DNA from: Ignavibacteria bacterium
Lineage (GTDB): Bacteria; Bacteroidota; Ignavibacteria; Kapaibacteriales; Kapaibacteriaceae
DNA: 64,000 nucleotides
NCBI GenBank assembly: GCA_016707005.1
Contig: JADJIQ010000002.1
Coordinates: 741,527 to 805,526 of the forward strand
Direction: 5' to 3'
Positions 1 through 10,343 of the stretch are shown piece by piece. The first letter of the stretch is position 1, and each line of letters starts with the position of its first letter. A program made the position numbers and the translations under genes. The notes beneath the pieces were generated by a model. That model was given only the letters and a program-made list of their open reading frames with translations. It was not told the DNA's origin and ran no database searches.

Positions 1-360
1 ATGATCGAAGATCTGCTCAGACAAACTCCGCCTGCACTTTCTCATGTCGCTATTGCATTGAGAGCTCATCTCGAGCGATTCCCGAACAACAAGACCAAAC
101 TCGGAAGACCCCAAGAACTCGTTGAAGAACTTCTTGCAAGGGGGCTCACCGAACCCGAAGATCTTGTGCAGGCTTTCATCGCCCTCGACGCCAACGTCTA
201 TGGATGGGGCGACGCACAGATCCTACGAGAACGTCGAGCTCTTGAATCAAGGCAGAGCGGCAACATCGCCACCCACATTGGCGGTGTATCACAACGAACA
301 ACGGGCCCGCACTGGCAGTGGGACCCGTTGAAGAGACGACTTGTATGGTCGGAAGAATAG
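1..360 (+). CDS. hypothetical protein, 3' fragment of a gene starting upstream of the window
   Basis: Open frame from base 1 to stop at 358-360; no recognisable motif; convergent with next gene. Confidence 0.3.
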   Translation: MIEDLLRQTPPALSHVAIALRAHLERFPNNKTKLGRPQELVEELLARGLTEPEDLVQAFIALDANVYGWGDAQILRERRALESRQSGNIATHIGGVSQRTTGPHWQWDPLKRRLVWSEE

Positions 361-368
361 TCCGGCTA

Positions 369-2486
369 TCAGCGCGAGATCACAAGAGGGACAGTAAATG
401 CACCCCGTGCATCCATGATCACAACCTGATACATGCCAGCCGACAGTGATTCCAATTGCAAATTCACCATCGAACTCCCCGCAGGGATAGTGAAGCGAGA
501 AGATACATTTCCCTGCAGATCCACGATCGTACACGAAACGGCGCTTTGAAGCGGGCTTGGAAGAACTAGTTTCGCGATATCGGCCGATGGAGTTGGGATG
601 ATGGAGGCCGACGTGATCATCGGCAATTCCTGATCTTCATCCACATCGGAGATTAGTCCATCGCAACCCTCTATCTGAACGGACAACAATTCATGCGTCT
701 GCGCAGAGAAGCCGGTTGAAGAGGTGAATCCTAGATACGCCGCACCATCCTCGCGAAGCCGAAGGATCTGATTCATATCGATGCTATCAACGGTGAGCAC
801 CGGCGTTTCCAATACCGGCGTTGTCCCACAATACACATGCAGGAGCTTACCCTCGAGCTTCACACGTGCATGATACACCGTACCATCGGCAACAAATGGC
901 GGGAATCCCTCCGAGGTGATCCCCTTGAGATATGGCGCCACGTGCCACGGCCTGAGAATGTTTCCATCACCAACCTGCACCGCGATATGACTCGGTGTAG
1001 GATCTGAAAACGCAGCATTCCGATACGCATCGAATTCAATAGCAAGACCATGCGGGATCTCGTTGTATCCGATCCCATCTCCAGGAAGTCCGACTGCAGC
1101 GCGTGTTTCATTCTGAAGAACCATCACCACTCCATCAGCACCCTGAGGGCCATTATCTATCTGCCCATTGTCACTTCCATTGGAAAGTCTGAATGAGAAC
1201 CGTACATCAAAACCACTGGCAACAGGAACGCGATCGCGAACCCAAGCAGCCCCTGCCTGATATGGAATAGACTGCGTCATCTCAAGCCGAGGCGCTTTAT
1301 AGATTGTGCTCCCTATGCGTCGCATCGTTGAAAGCGCAATAGTCGAGCTACCGGCACAGCTATCTTCAAGAACTTCGATGGTAGGGGTGTTCCTGGTAGA
1401 ATAGTCGTTAACAGGAGACAAACCAGAAATGACGAAGGCTCTTGTGCGTCCACTAGCAACTCTAACAACAATCATTTGGGAAAATGCACGCGCATAATTG
1501 AGGGAAGGTGCTACAGACGAGGTATTTGTTGTGAGATCCAACCACTCACATGAGCTACCATACCTTACGTTGTCAAGTAGTCCAGAAGTCACCAACGCCC
1601 GAGAGTCACCCCATGCACCCAATGTGTGCCATTGGCGTCCTTCGATCAAGGTCGGTCCTTTCGCTACCTCTCCTAGGTAGTTAACGATCCAGGTTTTCCT
1701 CGATGTTGTAAAGGGATTTTCACCTGTTGCGCCACTGCAGACAAGCACAGATCCATCTGTTAGTACCGTCAACTTCGGAGCTACAGGTGCATCATCAAAC
1801 TCTAGATCCAATGGCCATGAATCTGTTTGCGAACTGTATCGAATAGACTGCCTTTGCCGGTCGGAATTGGGGCCATAAGCTCGGAACCCCCAGAACGAGG
1901 GTCCTCGCCCTTCTGGATTTATCGATACGGCGGAATTCGCCATTGACGGGAGGTTGGCAATCTTCCGCGATTGGCCGGTTGAAATCGTAAAGATCTCCGC
2001 GCTAGAAGAGCCAAATCCGCCGATGATAAGGACTTCGTCTTCGTTTAGGAAGTCTGCACTGTGTTGTCGTCTGCCATCTTCCATTTGACCTATCACTGAC
2101 CAAGTATTGGTTGCGACATCATAGCGCTCTACAACTTTCGACGGTCCCAAGTTTGAGTTTCCACCGAACACAAGGATATCTCCATCCGGAAGATCCAACG
2201 CGGGGAACTCTGTTCTATATGTGGCCATACTTGGCCCAGGAGTAACTTGACCCGTTTGTAGATCCACGATCTCAGTAGTGTTCGTCGGATTACCATCTAG
2301 GATGCCATAGGAGCCAACATATCCGCCTATGACCAATATTTTGTCGCCATTCAGATATCTTGCGACATGATGGTGCCTACCTTGTTCAAGGTTTGCGAAC
2401 ACCCTCCATTGATCCTGAGCGCTAACGGCTACTGCGAAGAAGCCCAATGCCAAAAGGATACCGATTTGCTTGAATTTCTTTTGCAC
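369..2486 (-). CDS. secreted Kelch-repeat / lectin-like (concanavalin-type) domain protein with T9SS C-terminal sorting domain
   Basis: N-terminal signal peptide MQKKFKQIGILLALGFFAVAVSAQ; Kelch-like repeats (DKILVIGGY..., DGDILVFGGN..., DEVLIIGGF...); central lectin/LamG-like block (GPQGADGVVMVLQNE...GLAIEFDAY...); C-terminal approx 80 aa beta-sandwich typical of type-9 secretion CTD (SAGMYQVVIMDARGAFTVPLVISR). Confidence 0.7.
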   Translation of the reverse strand: MQKKFKQIGILLALGFFAVAVSAQDQWRVFANLEQGRHHHVARYLNGDKILVIGGYVGSYGILDGNPTNTTEIVDLQTGQVTPGPSMATYRTEFPALDLPDGDILVFGGNSNLGPSKVVERYDVATNTWSVIGQMEDGRRQHSADFLNEDEVLIIGGFGSSSAEIFTISTGQSRKIANLPSMANSAVSINPEGRGPSFWGFRAYGPNSDRQRQSIRYSSQTDSWPLDLEFDDAPVAPKLTVLTDGSVLVCSGATGENPFTTSRKTWIVNYLGEVAKGPTLIEGRQWHTLGAWGDSRALVTSGLLDNVRYGSSCEWLDLTTNTSSVAPSLNYARAFSQMIVVRVASGRTRAFVISGLSPVNDYSTRNTPTIEVLEDSCAGSSTIALSTMRRIGSTIYKAPRLEMTQSIPYQAGAAWVRDRVPVASGFDVRFSFRLSNGSDNGQIDNGPQGADGVVMVLQNETRAAVGLPGDGIGYNEIPHGLAIEFDAYRNAAFSDPTPSHIAVQVGDGNILRPWHVAPYLKGITSEGFPPFVADGTVYHARVKLEGKLLHVYCGTTPVLETPVLTVDSIDMNQILRLREDGAAYLGFTSSTGFSAQTHELLSVQIEGCDGLISDVDEDQELPMITSASIIPTPSADIAKLVLPSPLQSAVSCTIVDLQGNVSSRFTIPAGSSMVNLQLESLSAGMYQVVIMDARGAFTVPLVISR

Positions 2487-2537
2487 GATGTCTACCCCTC
2501 GATTGTGCGATAATCTGAACTAAAGGACCTTTAATAC

Positions 2538-3419
2538 ATGCTTACCGGATTGCTCAGATCAATCACCAGATTGTTCCCGATCGAACGAGGGAAGTTTAGG
2601 ATTCTAACTGAGATCTATTTCCGATATGTAGCTCCGACTAGACAAACCTTTGTCTTGACGAAATTACGTTATGGAATTCAAATGCGACTGGATATCACTG
2701 AATTCCTACAAGCTCATCTCTATCTTTTTGGGAGTTACGAGCTACCTACCGTGCGATTTATTCGTTCGGTGCTCAGATCGGGCGATACCGCCTTCGACAT
2801 CGGAGCTCAGATAGGGTACCTAACCCTTGCAATGGGCACTACTCCAGTCAAACCATTGCAAATTGTTTCATTCGAACCCGAGTCACATAACATTGAGCGA
2901 CTCCGCGAGAACGTGGGCTTGAACCCGGGCGTGAAAGTCACCATCGTCGAAAAGGCCGCTTCGAACGTTAACGGAATGTTGCGCCTGTATCTAAGCCATG
3001 ATCACAACTCCGGCACTCATAGTACCATCCAGAATGGCATGAATGTATCATCAGAGTTCGTTGAGATTCCGTCTGTCACTCTTGACACCTACGTGTCCGA
3101 GAACAACATCTCGAGCCTGCGCCTCATGAAGATCGATGTTGAAGGGGGCGAGTTAGAGGTAGTGAAGGGTGCAGCACGAGTCCTGCGCGAGCTTCGACCG
3201 ATAATCGTAATGGAAATGAGTGATGCACTTCAGGCAGCCCGGGGGTTCAGTACACCTGAATTCAAGAAGCTTCTTGCGACTGACGGTTACCACTCATTCA
3301 CTATCAATGATTCCGGGACGTTAAGGCCCTCTGATGTCAATGCGACTCATGCAATGGAGAATGTTGTGTTTCTCCATGAAAGCCAACTTGTTGAAATGGA
3401 TAAGATCATTAGACCTTGA
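2538..3419 (+). CDS. FkbM-family SAM-dependent methyltransferase
   Basis: FkbM domain signature (FDIGAQIGYLTLAMG ... VSFEPESHNIERLRENV ... MKIDVEGGELEVVKGA). Confidence 0.7.
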   Translation: MLTGLLRSITRLFPIERGKFRILTEIYFRYVAPTRQTFVLTKLRYGIQMRLDITEFLQAHLYLFGSYELPTVRFIRSVLRSGDTAFDIGAQIGYLTLAMGTTPVKPLQIVSFEPESHNIERLRENVGLNPGVKVTIVEKAASNVNGMLRLYLSHDHNSGTHSTIQNGMNVSSEFVEIPSVTLDTYVSENNISSLRLMKIDVEGGELEVVKGAARVLRELRPIIVMEMSDALQAARGFSTPEFKKLLATDGYHSFTINDSGTLRPSDVNATHAMENVVFLHESQLVEMDKIIRP

Positions 3420-4456
3420 GCATGATCAACATCCGCCTCCTTTGTCCGTTTCCTCCTCCGTTTGGCGGTGTGGCGCTTCATTGCATTCGGCTCCTAGAGT
3501 CGTTGCGGGCTCATGGAACAGTGGCAACCGGACATTCTTTAGGGGGCGTTCCTGACAACGTTCAAGGCGTAACAAAGCTCGGACTTGGGTTCTTTCTCTC
3601 TCGCACCTTGGTTCATTATCACACCGATGAGGGGAATCATCGGTGGATGCGGTTGTTCTCACGGATCTGGCGGCTGACGCGCACGCCGTACGTTGTTACG
3701 GTACATTCATTCCGATATCGCGCTGAGTTTCAGGATCCTCGGGTGCTTCGCCAACTCTCCGTTGCATTTGCGCATGCCAAGGCTGTGATCGCAATCAGCT
3801 CGGAAGTTGCGGATGCCTTGGAGTCTACACTCGGCTTTCGACACAAACGCACTCGAGTTATTCCGTCGAATCTGCCCCTCAGTGCTTGGGAAGTAGCGTC
3901 GCCACTTCCGACTGATGTGGCAGAAGCTTGGCAACGTGCGCCGGTACGGATCCTTGCCAATGCCGGACGTGTTGTAGCGTATAACGGACGTGATCTGTAC
4001 GGGCTCGATGTACTTGTCTTAGCATTCAGTTCGATCCAAGATCCGGACTCTGCACTTTGCATTGCCGTTGGTGACGTGGTCGATACCGCTCTTTGGCAGA
4101 ACGTACTTGCCATGGCTTCGAATGATGCTCGCATCACCTTTGTGCGCAGCCTCAATGGTCCACTCGCCCCCTTCGTCCAGCACGCACACATTGTGGTTCG
4201 GCCTACACGTACGGAAGGCGGCCCTTCACTCACTCTCAGCGAAGCTCTCGAACTGGGCAGATGGGCTGTTGGGTCCGATGCCGTGCAGCGACCCGACGGT
4301 ACGGTGCTCTTCCGCAATGAAGACCCAGTCGATCTCTCGCGTGCTCTACATCAGTGCATCGCAGATGCACGGCGAGGCCATATGCCCCCGGCGATCACGC
4401 CGAATACCGACGCTGTAGAGAAAATCATGAATCTCTATCAGCGCGTATCAGTGTGA
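3416..4456 (+). CDS. glycosyltransferase family 4 (GT1-type fold)
   Basis: C-terminal GT4 motif IVVRPTRTEGGPSLTLSEALELGRWAVGSD; 4-nt overlap with upstream methyltransferase (operon). Confidence 0.7.
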   Translation: MSMINIRLLCPFPPPFGGVALHCIRLLESLRAHGTVATGHSLGGVPDNVQGVTKLGLGFFLSRTLVHYHTDEGNHRWMRLFSRIWRLTRTPYVVTVHSFRYRAEFQDPRVLRQLSVAFAHAKAVIAISSEVADALESTLGFRHKRTRVIPSNLPLSAWEVASPLPTDVAEAWQRAPVRILANAGRVVAYNGRDLYGLDVLVLAFSSIQDPDSALCIAVGDVVDTALWQNVLAMASNDARITFVRSLNGPLAPFVQHAHIVVRPTRTEGGPSLTLSEALELGRWAVGSDAVQRPDGTVLFRNEDPVDLSRALHQCIADARRGHMPPAITPNTDAVEKIMNLYQRVSV

Positions 4457-4458
4457 AG

Positions 4459-5292
4459 TCAGTTCTTCGTCAAAACCACACACACGCCGGCGGAGGTGTA
4501 GATCTTCATTCCGGACATGGAGATCGGCTTGTCGCTGTAGCTGCCGTGAGCCAGGGCATGTTTGACGGTATTCATTTGCAACAGCGTGCGTGAGATCTTG
4601 CCGAGTCCTGTCTTCCCAACAATGCGGTCGTTGAAGAATGGCTCTTCATAATCACCGAAGTAGACACGCTCCCGCTCAACAAGGCCGGAGGCTTTTACGA
4701 TGCGCTCATTGAATGATGCAACGTCGTAGTGACGTTGGAAGAAGACCGGCTTTGATGTGAACTTCTCGCCGTAGACATCCTGTTGAAGAAACCAATCGCG
4801 AGCGTGGCCTTCGTTCAAGGGAGTTGTAAGCAGATAGATGCCGCCTGGCTTGAGCAGTCGAGCGCTCTTCTCCATTGCGACGGAATCAAGAGCCCCTTCA
4901 AAATGTTCGATCACACTAATGTTGGTGATCACGTCGAATGATTCGGGCTCGAGTTCGGCTTCGAGGAAGTCGCGGACAACCACATGGAATCGCTTTGGGT
5001 CGAGGCCCAATTGCCGTGCGTATTCGTTCTGCTTCTCCACCCAATTGAACTTGTCGAGGCAGGTAACGTCCCAGTTGGTTTTACTGGCTACCCACGATGG
5101 AAAGATGGACGGGCCGGTGCCGATGTCGAGGTATCGAAGGGGCTTATCGAACAACGGCTGCAACTTTTCTGCCAGCAACGGCAGTTCAATGGCGCGCTCG
5201 TAGCCGAAACCTTTGATTCGATACAGAAATCGCAGTCGCTTTGCATGGGCATCGATGCTGCGAAGAAGTTCGGCATTGATAGTAGACATCAT
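4459..5292 (-). CDS. class I SAM-dependent methyltransferase
   Basis: Motif I LDIGTGPSIF and post-I LLKPGGIYLLTTP; 4-nt overlap with surE. Confidence 0.65.
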   Translation of the reverse strand: MMSTINAELLRSIDAHAKRLRFLYRIKGFGYERAIELPLLAEKLQPLFDKPLRYLDIGTGPSIFPSWVASKTNWDVTCLDKFNWVEKQNEYARQLGLDPKRFHVVVRDFLEAELEPESFDVITNISVIEHFEGALDSVAMEKSARLLKPGGIYLLTTPLNEGHARDWFLQQDVYGEKFTSKPVFFQRHYDVASFNERIVKASGLVERERVYFGDYEEPFFNDRIVGKTGLGKISRTLLQMNTVKHALAHGSYSDKPISMSGMKIYTSAGVCVVLTKN

Positions 5293-6044
5293 ACGAATTG
5301 CTCCCGGAGCGTCTCGAGTAGCGCGAAGTTTGTGAGTTCATAATGGATGGGTGTGATCGATGCCCATCCGTTGGCAACCACGATGTCGTCGGCATCCTCA
5401 AGCTCGGTGACGGTAACGAAGTCTCCTGTGAGCCAGTAGTAGGGCTTGCCATGTGGGTCTAAGCGAACGTCATATCGGTCCTTCCACTCACTGTGCCCTT
5501 GACGGGTTACACGTAAGCCTTTGAATTCTGCTTTGGGGATCGGCGGGACGTTTACATTCAACAACGTGCCGAGTGGTAGGTCGAGGCTGTGCAGTCGGGA
5601 CGCAACGTCATAGGCCACTTCTGCCGCCACCGACATATCGGCGGATTCATCGAACGTTGCAAGAGACACAGCCATCGATGGGATGCCCATGAGTGTGCCT
5701 TCTGTTGCCGCACTCACCGTACCTGAGTAGATGGCGTTGACGCTGGTATTCGATCCGTGGTTGATGCCGCTTACGATCATGTCTGGACGCTCGTTCAAGA
5801 GCGTACTCACGCCGAGCTTCACACAGTCTGCCGGTGTGCCGTTGATCGCCCATCCGATCACTTCGCCGTCCCTGCTAAATGGAGTAGCACGTAGGGGGCT
5901 TGCCACGGTCAACGCATGTCCAACGGCACTCTGTTGTCTGTCCGGTGCGATCACAACAACATCGCCGAGCCGACGCATTGCTTGCACCAGAGCGTGAATG
6001 CCGGCCGACTCGATACCATCATCGTTCGTGACAAGAATGCGCAT
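5289..6044 (-). CDS. surE: 5'/3'-nucleotidase SurE
   Basis: N-terminus MRILVTNDDGIESAGIHALVQAMRRLGDVVVIAPDRQQSAVGHALTV matches SurE family. Confidence 0.85.
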   Translation of the reverse strand: MRILVTNDDGIESAGIHALVQAMRRLGDVVVIAPDRQQSAVGHALTVASPLRATPFSRDGEVIGWAINGTPADCVKLGVSTLLNERPDMIVSGINHGSNTSVNAIYSGTVSAATEGTLMGIPSMAVSLATFDESADMSVAAEVAYDVASRLHSLDLPLGTLLNVNVPPIPKAEFKGLRVTRQGHSEWKDRYDVRLDPHGKPYYWLTGDFVTVTELEDADDIVVANGWASITPIHYELTNFALLETLREQFV

Positions 6045-6055
6045 GCAGGAGCCCC

Positions 6056-7423
6056 TTATCGGGTGAGATCGAGATAGAAAACAAAGGCCATGAGGATCAG
6101 CAAGAGTGCGATACCAACTTGCTGGAAGCGGATCTTCACGTTGGTAGAGATCTCTCTGCGGATCACGGCTTCGATACCAACAAAGACAAGGTGTCCGCCG
6201 TCAAGTCCCGGAAGCGGGAGGAGGTTCATCACACCAAGGGAGATCGAGATCAAGGCCATGAACCTGAGGAAGGCCTCGAGTCCAAGGTCAGAGCTGCGGG
6301 AGGCCATCTTTGCGATCTGGATCGGTCCGCCAAAACTCTGCTTCACAGATACAGTACCGCGGAAGACGTGTGTGACCGAGGTGCCGATCATCGCGATGGT
6401 GTTTCCCGTCTCACTCACGGCCATGGTCAATGATTCGAAGACGGCAAAAGTCTCGGTCTTGCGCGGACCAACGTAGGAACCTTCAAGCTGAACACCGATC
6501 GTCGAGTCCGATCCAACGGTAAGGTTCACCGGCATTGGCGTTCCGTTTCGCTCAACATGGAGCGTGATCGGCTTTGATGCATGGGCGCGTACATAGCGCT
6601 GGAACTGAGGGAGAGCACGCACGGGCATGGAGTCTACGGCCAGCACAACATCTCCGGCCTGCACTCCGGCACGTCCGGCAGGCGACAGAGTAACCACACC
6701 ACCGAACACGATCTTCATGTCCGAAGGGTACAGTCCCAAGCCCTGTCCGGCAGCCATCGAACGAACAAGGTCTGCACTTGCAAGCTCGATCGTCCGAGTA
6801 ACACCCTCGCGTTGTACAACCACCTTCCGCATACCGGTGTTGGTTGAGAGACCGAGTTGTTCGGCACAATCTTCCCAAGTAGACACTGCAACACCATCAA
6901 CGGATATCACCTTGTCGCCGGAAGCGAATCCAGATGCAGCAACGGTTGAGGTTGGGTCGACCCATGCGATCTTCGTTGTGGCCATTTCTTCGTGACCATA
7001 GAAGAGCGGCAAGAGCCAGAACACGACGATGGCCAACAAGAAATTCATGATCACGCCGGCACTGAGGACGATGGCCTTCTGCCAATTCTTCTTAGAACGG
7101 AACTCATAGGGTTCGGCCGGACGTCCCGCGAAGTCGGTATCCATGGACTCATCCACCATACCGAGGATCTTCACATATCCGCCGATCGGTAGGGCGCACA
7201 GTCGATAGTCCGTACCGCCGTCGAGCTCTAGGTCTGCGGGGAGTTTGCCAAACGAGAAGCCCGTCTTGGGATTCCATCCCATCACACGCGGACCCATCCC
7301 GATGGCGAAGACATCTGCGCGCATCCCCGTCCAACGAGCCGCAAGGAAGTGCCCAAGCTCGTGAATGAAGACGAGGACGCCGATGACGATGATAAAGGCA
7401 ATTGTTGGCTGTAGAAATTCCAT
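6056..7423 (-). CDS. rseP: RIP zinc metalloprotease RseP (site-2 protease)
   Basis: HELGHFLAARWTG zinc motif near N-terminus, PDZ region, C-terminal LDGG motif; start moved to internal ATG (MEFLQPTIAFIIV...) 6 nt downstream of dxr stop; longer ORF to 7549 would overlap dxr. Confidence 0.8.
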   Translation of the reverse strand: MEFLQPTIAFIIVIGVLVFIHELGHFLAARWTGMRADVFAIGMGPRVMGWNPKTGFSFGKLPADLELDGGTDYRLCALPIGGYVKILGMVDESMDTDFAGRPAEPYEFRSKKNWQKAIVLSAGVIMNFLLAIVVFWLLPLFYGHEEMATTKIAWVDPTSTVAASGFASGDKVISVDGVAVSTWEDCAEQLGLSTNTGMRKVVVQREGVTRTIELASADLVRSMAAGQGLGLYPSDMKIVFGGVVTLSPAGRAGVQAGDVVLAVDSMPVRALPQFQRYVRAHASKPITLHVERNGTPMPVNLTVGSDSTIGVQLEGSYVGPRKTETFAVFESLTMAVSETGNTIAMIGTSVTHVFRGTVSVKQSFGGPIQIAKMASRSSDLGLEAFLRFMALISISLGVMNLLPLPGLDGGHLVFVGIEAVIRREISTNVKIRFQQVGIALLLILMAFVFYLDLTR

Positions 7424-7428
7424 GTCGA

Positions 7429-8613
7429 TCAGCTTTTCCATTGAGTACCGATGATGTATTCTGATGCCCGCCGACGCGCTTCGGCATCGATGGCAACAAC
7501 GTCGTCCAATGACGGATGACCGACGTGTTCTATGTAATTGAGCGTCCACTCAATCGTTTTAGCGATCCCCAGATACGACAACTCCCCCACCAAGAAGGAC
7601 GCTACGGCCACTTCATTGGCAGCATTGATCACGGCACCTGCAGAGCCCCCTGCCGTCAATGCGTCATAGGCAATGCGGAGGCACGGGAATCGGTTCAGAT
7701 CTGGTGCTTCAAATGTGAGACTCCCGATCGTAGCCAGGTCCATTCGAGGTATGTCAAGGGGCATGCGGTACGGGTATGTCAGAGCGTATTGTATGGGAAG
7801 CAACATTGTCGGAAGCCCCATTTGCGCCTTCACGGAACCATCCACAAACTCCACCATGGAATGCACGATCGATTGAGGGTGAATCACTACTTCGATCTTT
7901 TCACCGGGCAGGTCAAAGAGCCAGCGCGCTTCGATCACCTCAAAGCCCTTGTTCATGAGCGTTGCGGAATCGATGGTGATCTTGGCACCCATCGTCCAAT
8001 TGGGGTGTTTCAGCGCCATCGCCGGAGTAACGGAGGCCATTTCCTTGAGACTCAGCGAACGGAATGGACCGCCCGATGCAGTGATAACAAGGCGTGCCAC
8101 GTCTGATGCGCGCTCACCTGCTAGACATTGAAGAATTGCACTATGTTCGGAGTCGACGGCGATCAAGGTTGCACTGTGTTCTGCAGCGGCAGGAACGAGG
8201 ACGGCACCGGCACTGACCAACGACTCTTTGTTGGCAAGTCCGATCACATGACCGGCGCGGATCGCCGCCATCGTTGGCAAGACACCGCTGAATCCGACCA
8301 TTGCGGAGAGGACCACATCATTCTCGGCGTCCGCTGCAGCATCACAGATCCCTTCGTCGCCGCAGAGGACAGGACCTGTGAAATCCGGGAGAGCATTGCG
8401 AAAGGACTGCCATGCCGACTCTTCGCGTATGGCTACGCCATACGGTTGATACCGACGTACCTGCTCAACGAGATCTTGCCATTTGGTATTGCACGTGATC
8501 CACCGAAGTGCGAAACGTTCAGGGTCGCGCGAAACGATATCGAGACCTTGCGTTCCAATGGAACCGGTTGAACCAAGGATCGTCACGTTACGACGTGCGG
8601 CAGTTGGCATCAC
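7429..8613 (-). CDS. dxr: 1-deoxy-D-xylulose 5-phosphate reductoisomerase
   Basis: VTILGSTGSIGTQGLDIV NADPH-binding N-terminus and DXR family body; 4-nt overlap with rng. Confidence 0.9.
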   Translation of the reverse strand: MMPTAARRNVTILGSTGSIGTQGLDIVSRDPERFALRWITCNTKWQDLVEQVRRYQPYGVAIREESAWQSFRNALPDFTGPVLCGDEGICDAAADAENDVVLSAMVGFSGVLPTMAAIRAGHVIGLANKESLVSAGAVLVPAAAEHSATLIAVDSEHSAILQCLAGERASDVARLVITASGGPFRSLSLKEMASVTPAMALKHPNWTMGAKITIDSATLMNKGFEVIEARWLFDLPGEKIEVVIHPQSIVHSMVEFVDGSVKAQMGLPTMLLPIQYALTYPYRMPLDIPRMDLATIGSLTFEAPDLNRFPCLRIAYDALTAGGSAGAVINAANEVAVASFLVGELSYLGIAKTIEWTLNYIEHVGHPSLDDVVAIDAEARRRASEYIIGTQWKS

Positions 8614-10205
8614 AGGTATTGACGTGTGATGTCCTTCGTGTTCGACCCTGCATAGCAGCGGAACTCCCCTGCTTCAATGGTGTCGTCTTCACGAAGTGAA
8701 ACGGACAGGAAATACGTGCGAAGCCACCGGCGCAATGTCGATGCCTTGTTGCGCTCGATGTAGTGGATGATGTACGGATGTGTTGCAACCGTTACACGCA
8801 GGCCCCACGTTTTTGCACGATAGTTCCGTAGCCAACGGTCGATGCCTGCAACAGTGCTGGCTGCTGAGAGAACCCTACCGGTACCCATGCAGAACGGACA
8901 TTCTTCGCTCGTTCGTTCGGCCATGCTCTGACGGATACGCTGCCGCGTGATCTGCATGATGCCGAGTTGGGTGATCGGGTAGACGATGGTCTTTGCCCGG
9001 TCTCGCGAGGTCTCCTTCTTCATTTCCGCATGCAGCTTGCGCCGATTCTCTTCTTGCTGCATATCGATGAAGTCTACCAGCACCATTCCTCCGATGTCAC
9101 GAAGACGAAGTTGTTTTGCAACCTCCTTCATCGCTTCGAAGTTCGACTTCACGGCATTGGCTTCTTGTGTTCGCTCGTTTGATGCGCGACCGGAGTTCAC
9201 GTCCACCACAACCATCGCTTCTGTATGGTCGATGATCAACGATCCTCCGCTCGGAAGCGGAACTCGGCGTGAGTGCGTAAGGTGTACATCTCGTTCGATG
9301 CCGTAGACATCGAACATCGGCTTTGTATCGGCGAAGAACTCGAGCTTCCCATCAAGATGTGGGGCTGTTCGCAACACATAGGTCTTGAGATCGCGGAACA
9401 ACTTCCTGTCGTCCACAACAACCTGTGCTACATCGTCCTTGAAGAGATCTCGGATCACACTATGAGCAACACTGGCTTCTTGATGCAGCAGCATTGGCCC
9501 CTTTGCATCGCGGATCTCTTTCTCCATCTCGCGCCAATCTTCGAGGAGCGAGGCAAAGTCTCTCCCAACGTCGTCGTTTGTTAGGCCCGAAGCAGCGGTA
9601 CGAATAATGCAGCCGATGCCTTCAGGAAGTATCTCGCGAGCGATTGCCCGAAGACGCTTGCGTTCTTTCACAGAGAAGATCTTGCGAGAGACACCAACAT
9701 TCTCTTCGAATGGGAGCAGCACAACGTTTCGTCCGGTGAGGCCGACCTTTGTGGTCACTCGCACACCCTTTTGGTGGTATGCTTCGCGTGTGACCTGCAC
9801 CACAACCATCTGCTTCGCCTGCAGATTGATCGTTACTTGGCCGCTTCGTTTTGTTGTAAACGTTGGGAGGCGTTTTGTGGAACCGGCCTTGGATGTGCGA
9901 AGTGCGACATCAGCGGTTTCAACTGCATGAGAGACCGGACGGTCATCATCATCATCGTCTGTGGACATGCCCTCCATCGTTGAGTCAACATCGCTGAAAT
10001 GCAAGAATGCGTCCTGCTCAAGACCGATGTCGACAAAGGCCGCATTCATTCCCTGGATGATCTTCGTGACCCGTCCGAGGTAGATGTTACCAACGTGGTG
10101 TTCTGTGTCGGGCGTCTCGGTAAAAAGCTCAACGAGTTTACCGTCCTCCGTGATCGCGATCCGGAGGTGTGATGCCGAGGCACTAATGAGAATTCGACGT
10201 ACCAT
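8610..10205 (-). CDS. rng: ribonuclease G / RNase E-G family endoribonuclease
   Basis: N-terminal S1 domain (HHVGNIYLGRVTKIIQGMNAAFVDIG) followed by RNase E/G catalytic core; size typical of Rng. Confidence 0.8.
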   Translation of the reverse strand: MVRRILISASASHLRIAITEDGKLVELFTETPDTEHHVGNIYLGRVTKIIQGMNAAFVDIGLEQDAFLHFSDVDSTMEGMSTDDDDDDRPVSHAVETADVALRTSKAGSTKRLPTFTTKRSGQVTINLQAKQMVVVQVTREAYHQKGVRVTTKVGLTGRNVVLLPFEENVGVSRKIFSVKERKRLRAIAREILPEGIGCIIRTAASGLTNDDVGRDFASLLEDWREMEKEIRDAKGPMLLHQEASVAHSVIRDLFKDDVAQVVVDDRKLFRDLKTYVLRTAPHLDGKLEFFADTKPMFDVYGIERDVHLTHSRRVPLPSGGSLIIDHTEAMVVVDVNSGRASNERTQEANAVKSNFEAMKEVAKQLRLRDIGGMVLVDFIDMQQEENRRKLHAEMKKETSRDRAKTIVYPITQLGIMQITRQRIRQSMAERTSEECPFCMGTGRVLSAASTVAGIDRWLRNYRAKTWGLRVTVATHPYIIHYIERNKASTLRRWLRTYFLSVSLREDDTIEAGEFRCYAGSNTKDITRQYL

Positions 10206-10343
10206 TAAAAAATACAGCCAAGTTGACCGTGGCGCCTTGTACGCATGCTGACCGTTGCTTCCTTCCGGACCTGGCGGGATTGGGCTTGGTACAATCGCAC
10301 GGGACTTGGCCGTGTTGTTCTCATTGCTTGAACCACAAATATA

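Noticed and set aside
3730-4317. 195-aa minus ORF inside the glycosyltransferase gene
   Set aside because: Antisense, Ser/Arg-rich; GT4 motif supports the plus-strand gene.
7424-7549. N-terminal extension of rseP overlapping dxr
   Set aside because: Arg/Cys-rich nonsense; RseP-like N-terminus begins at MEFLQPTIAFIIV.
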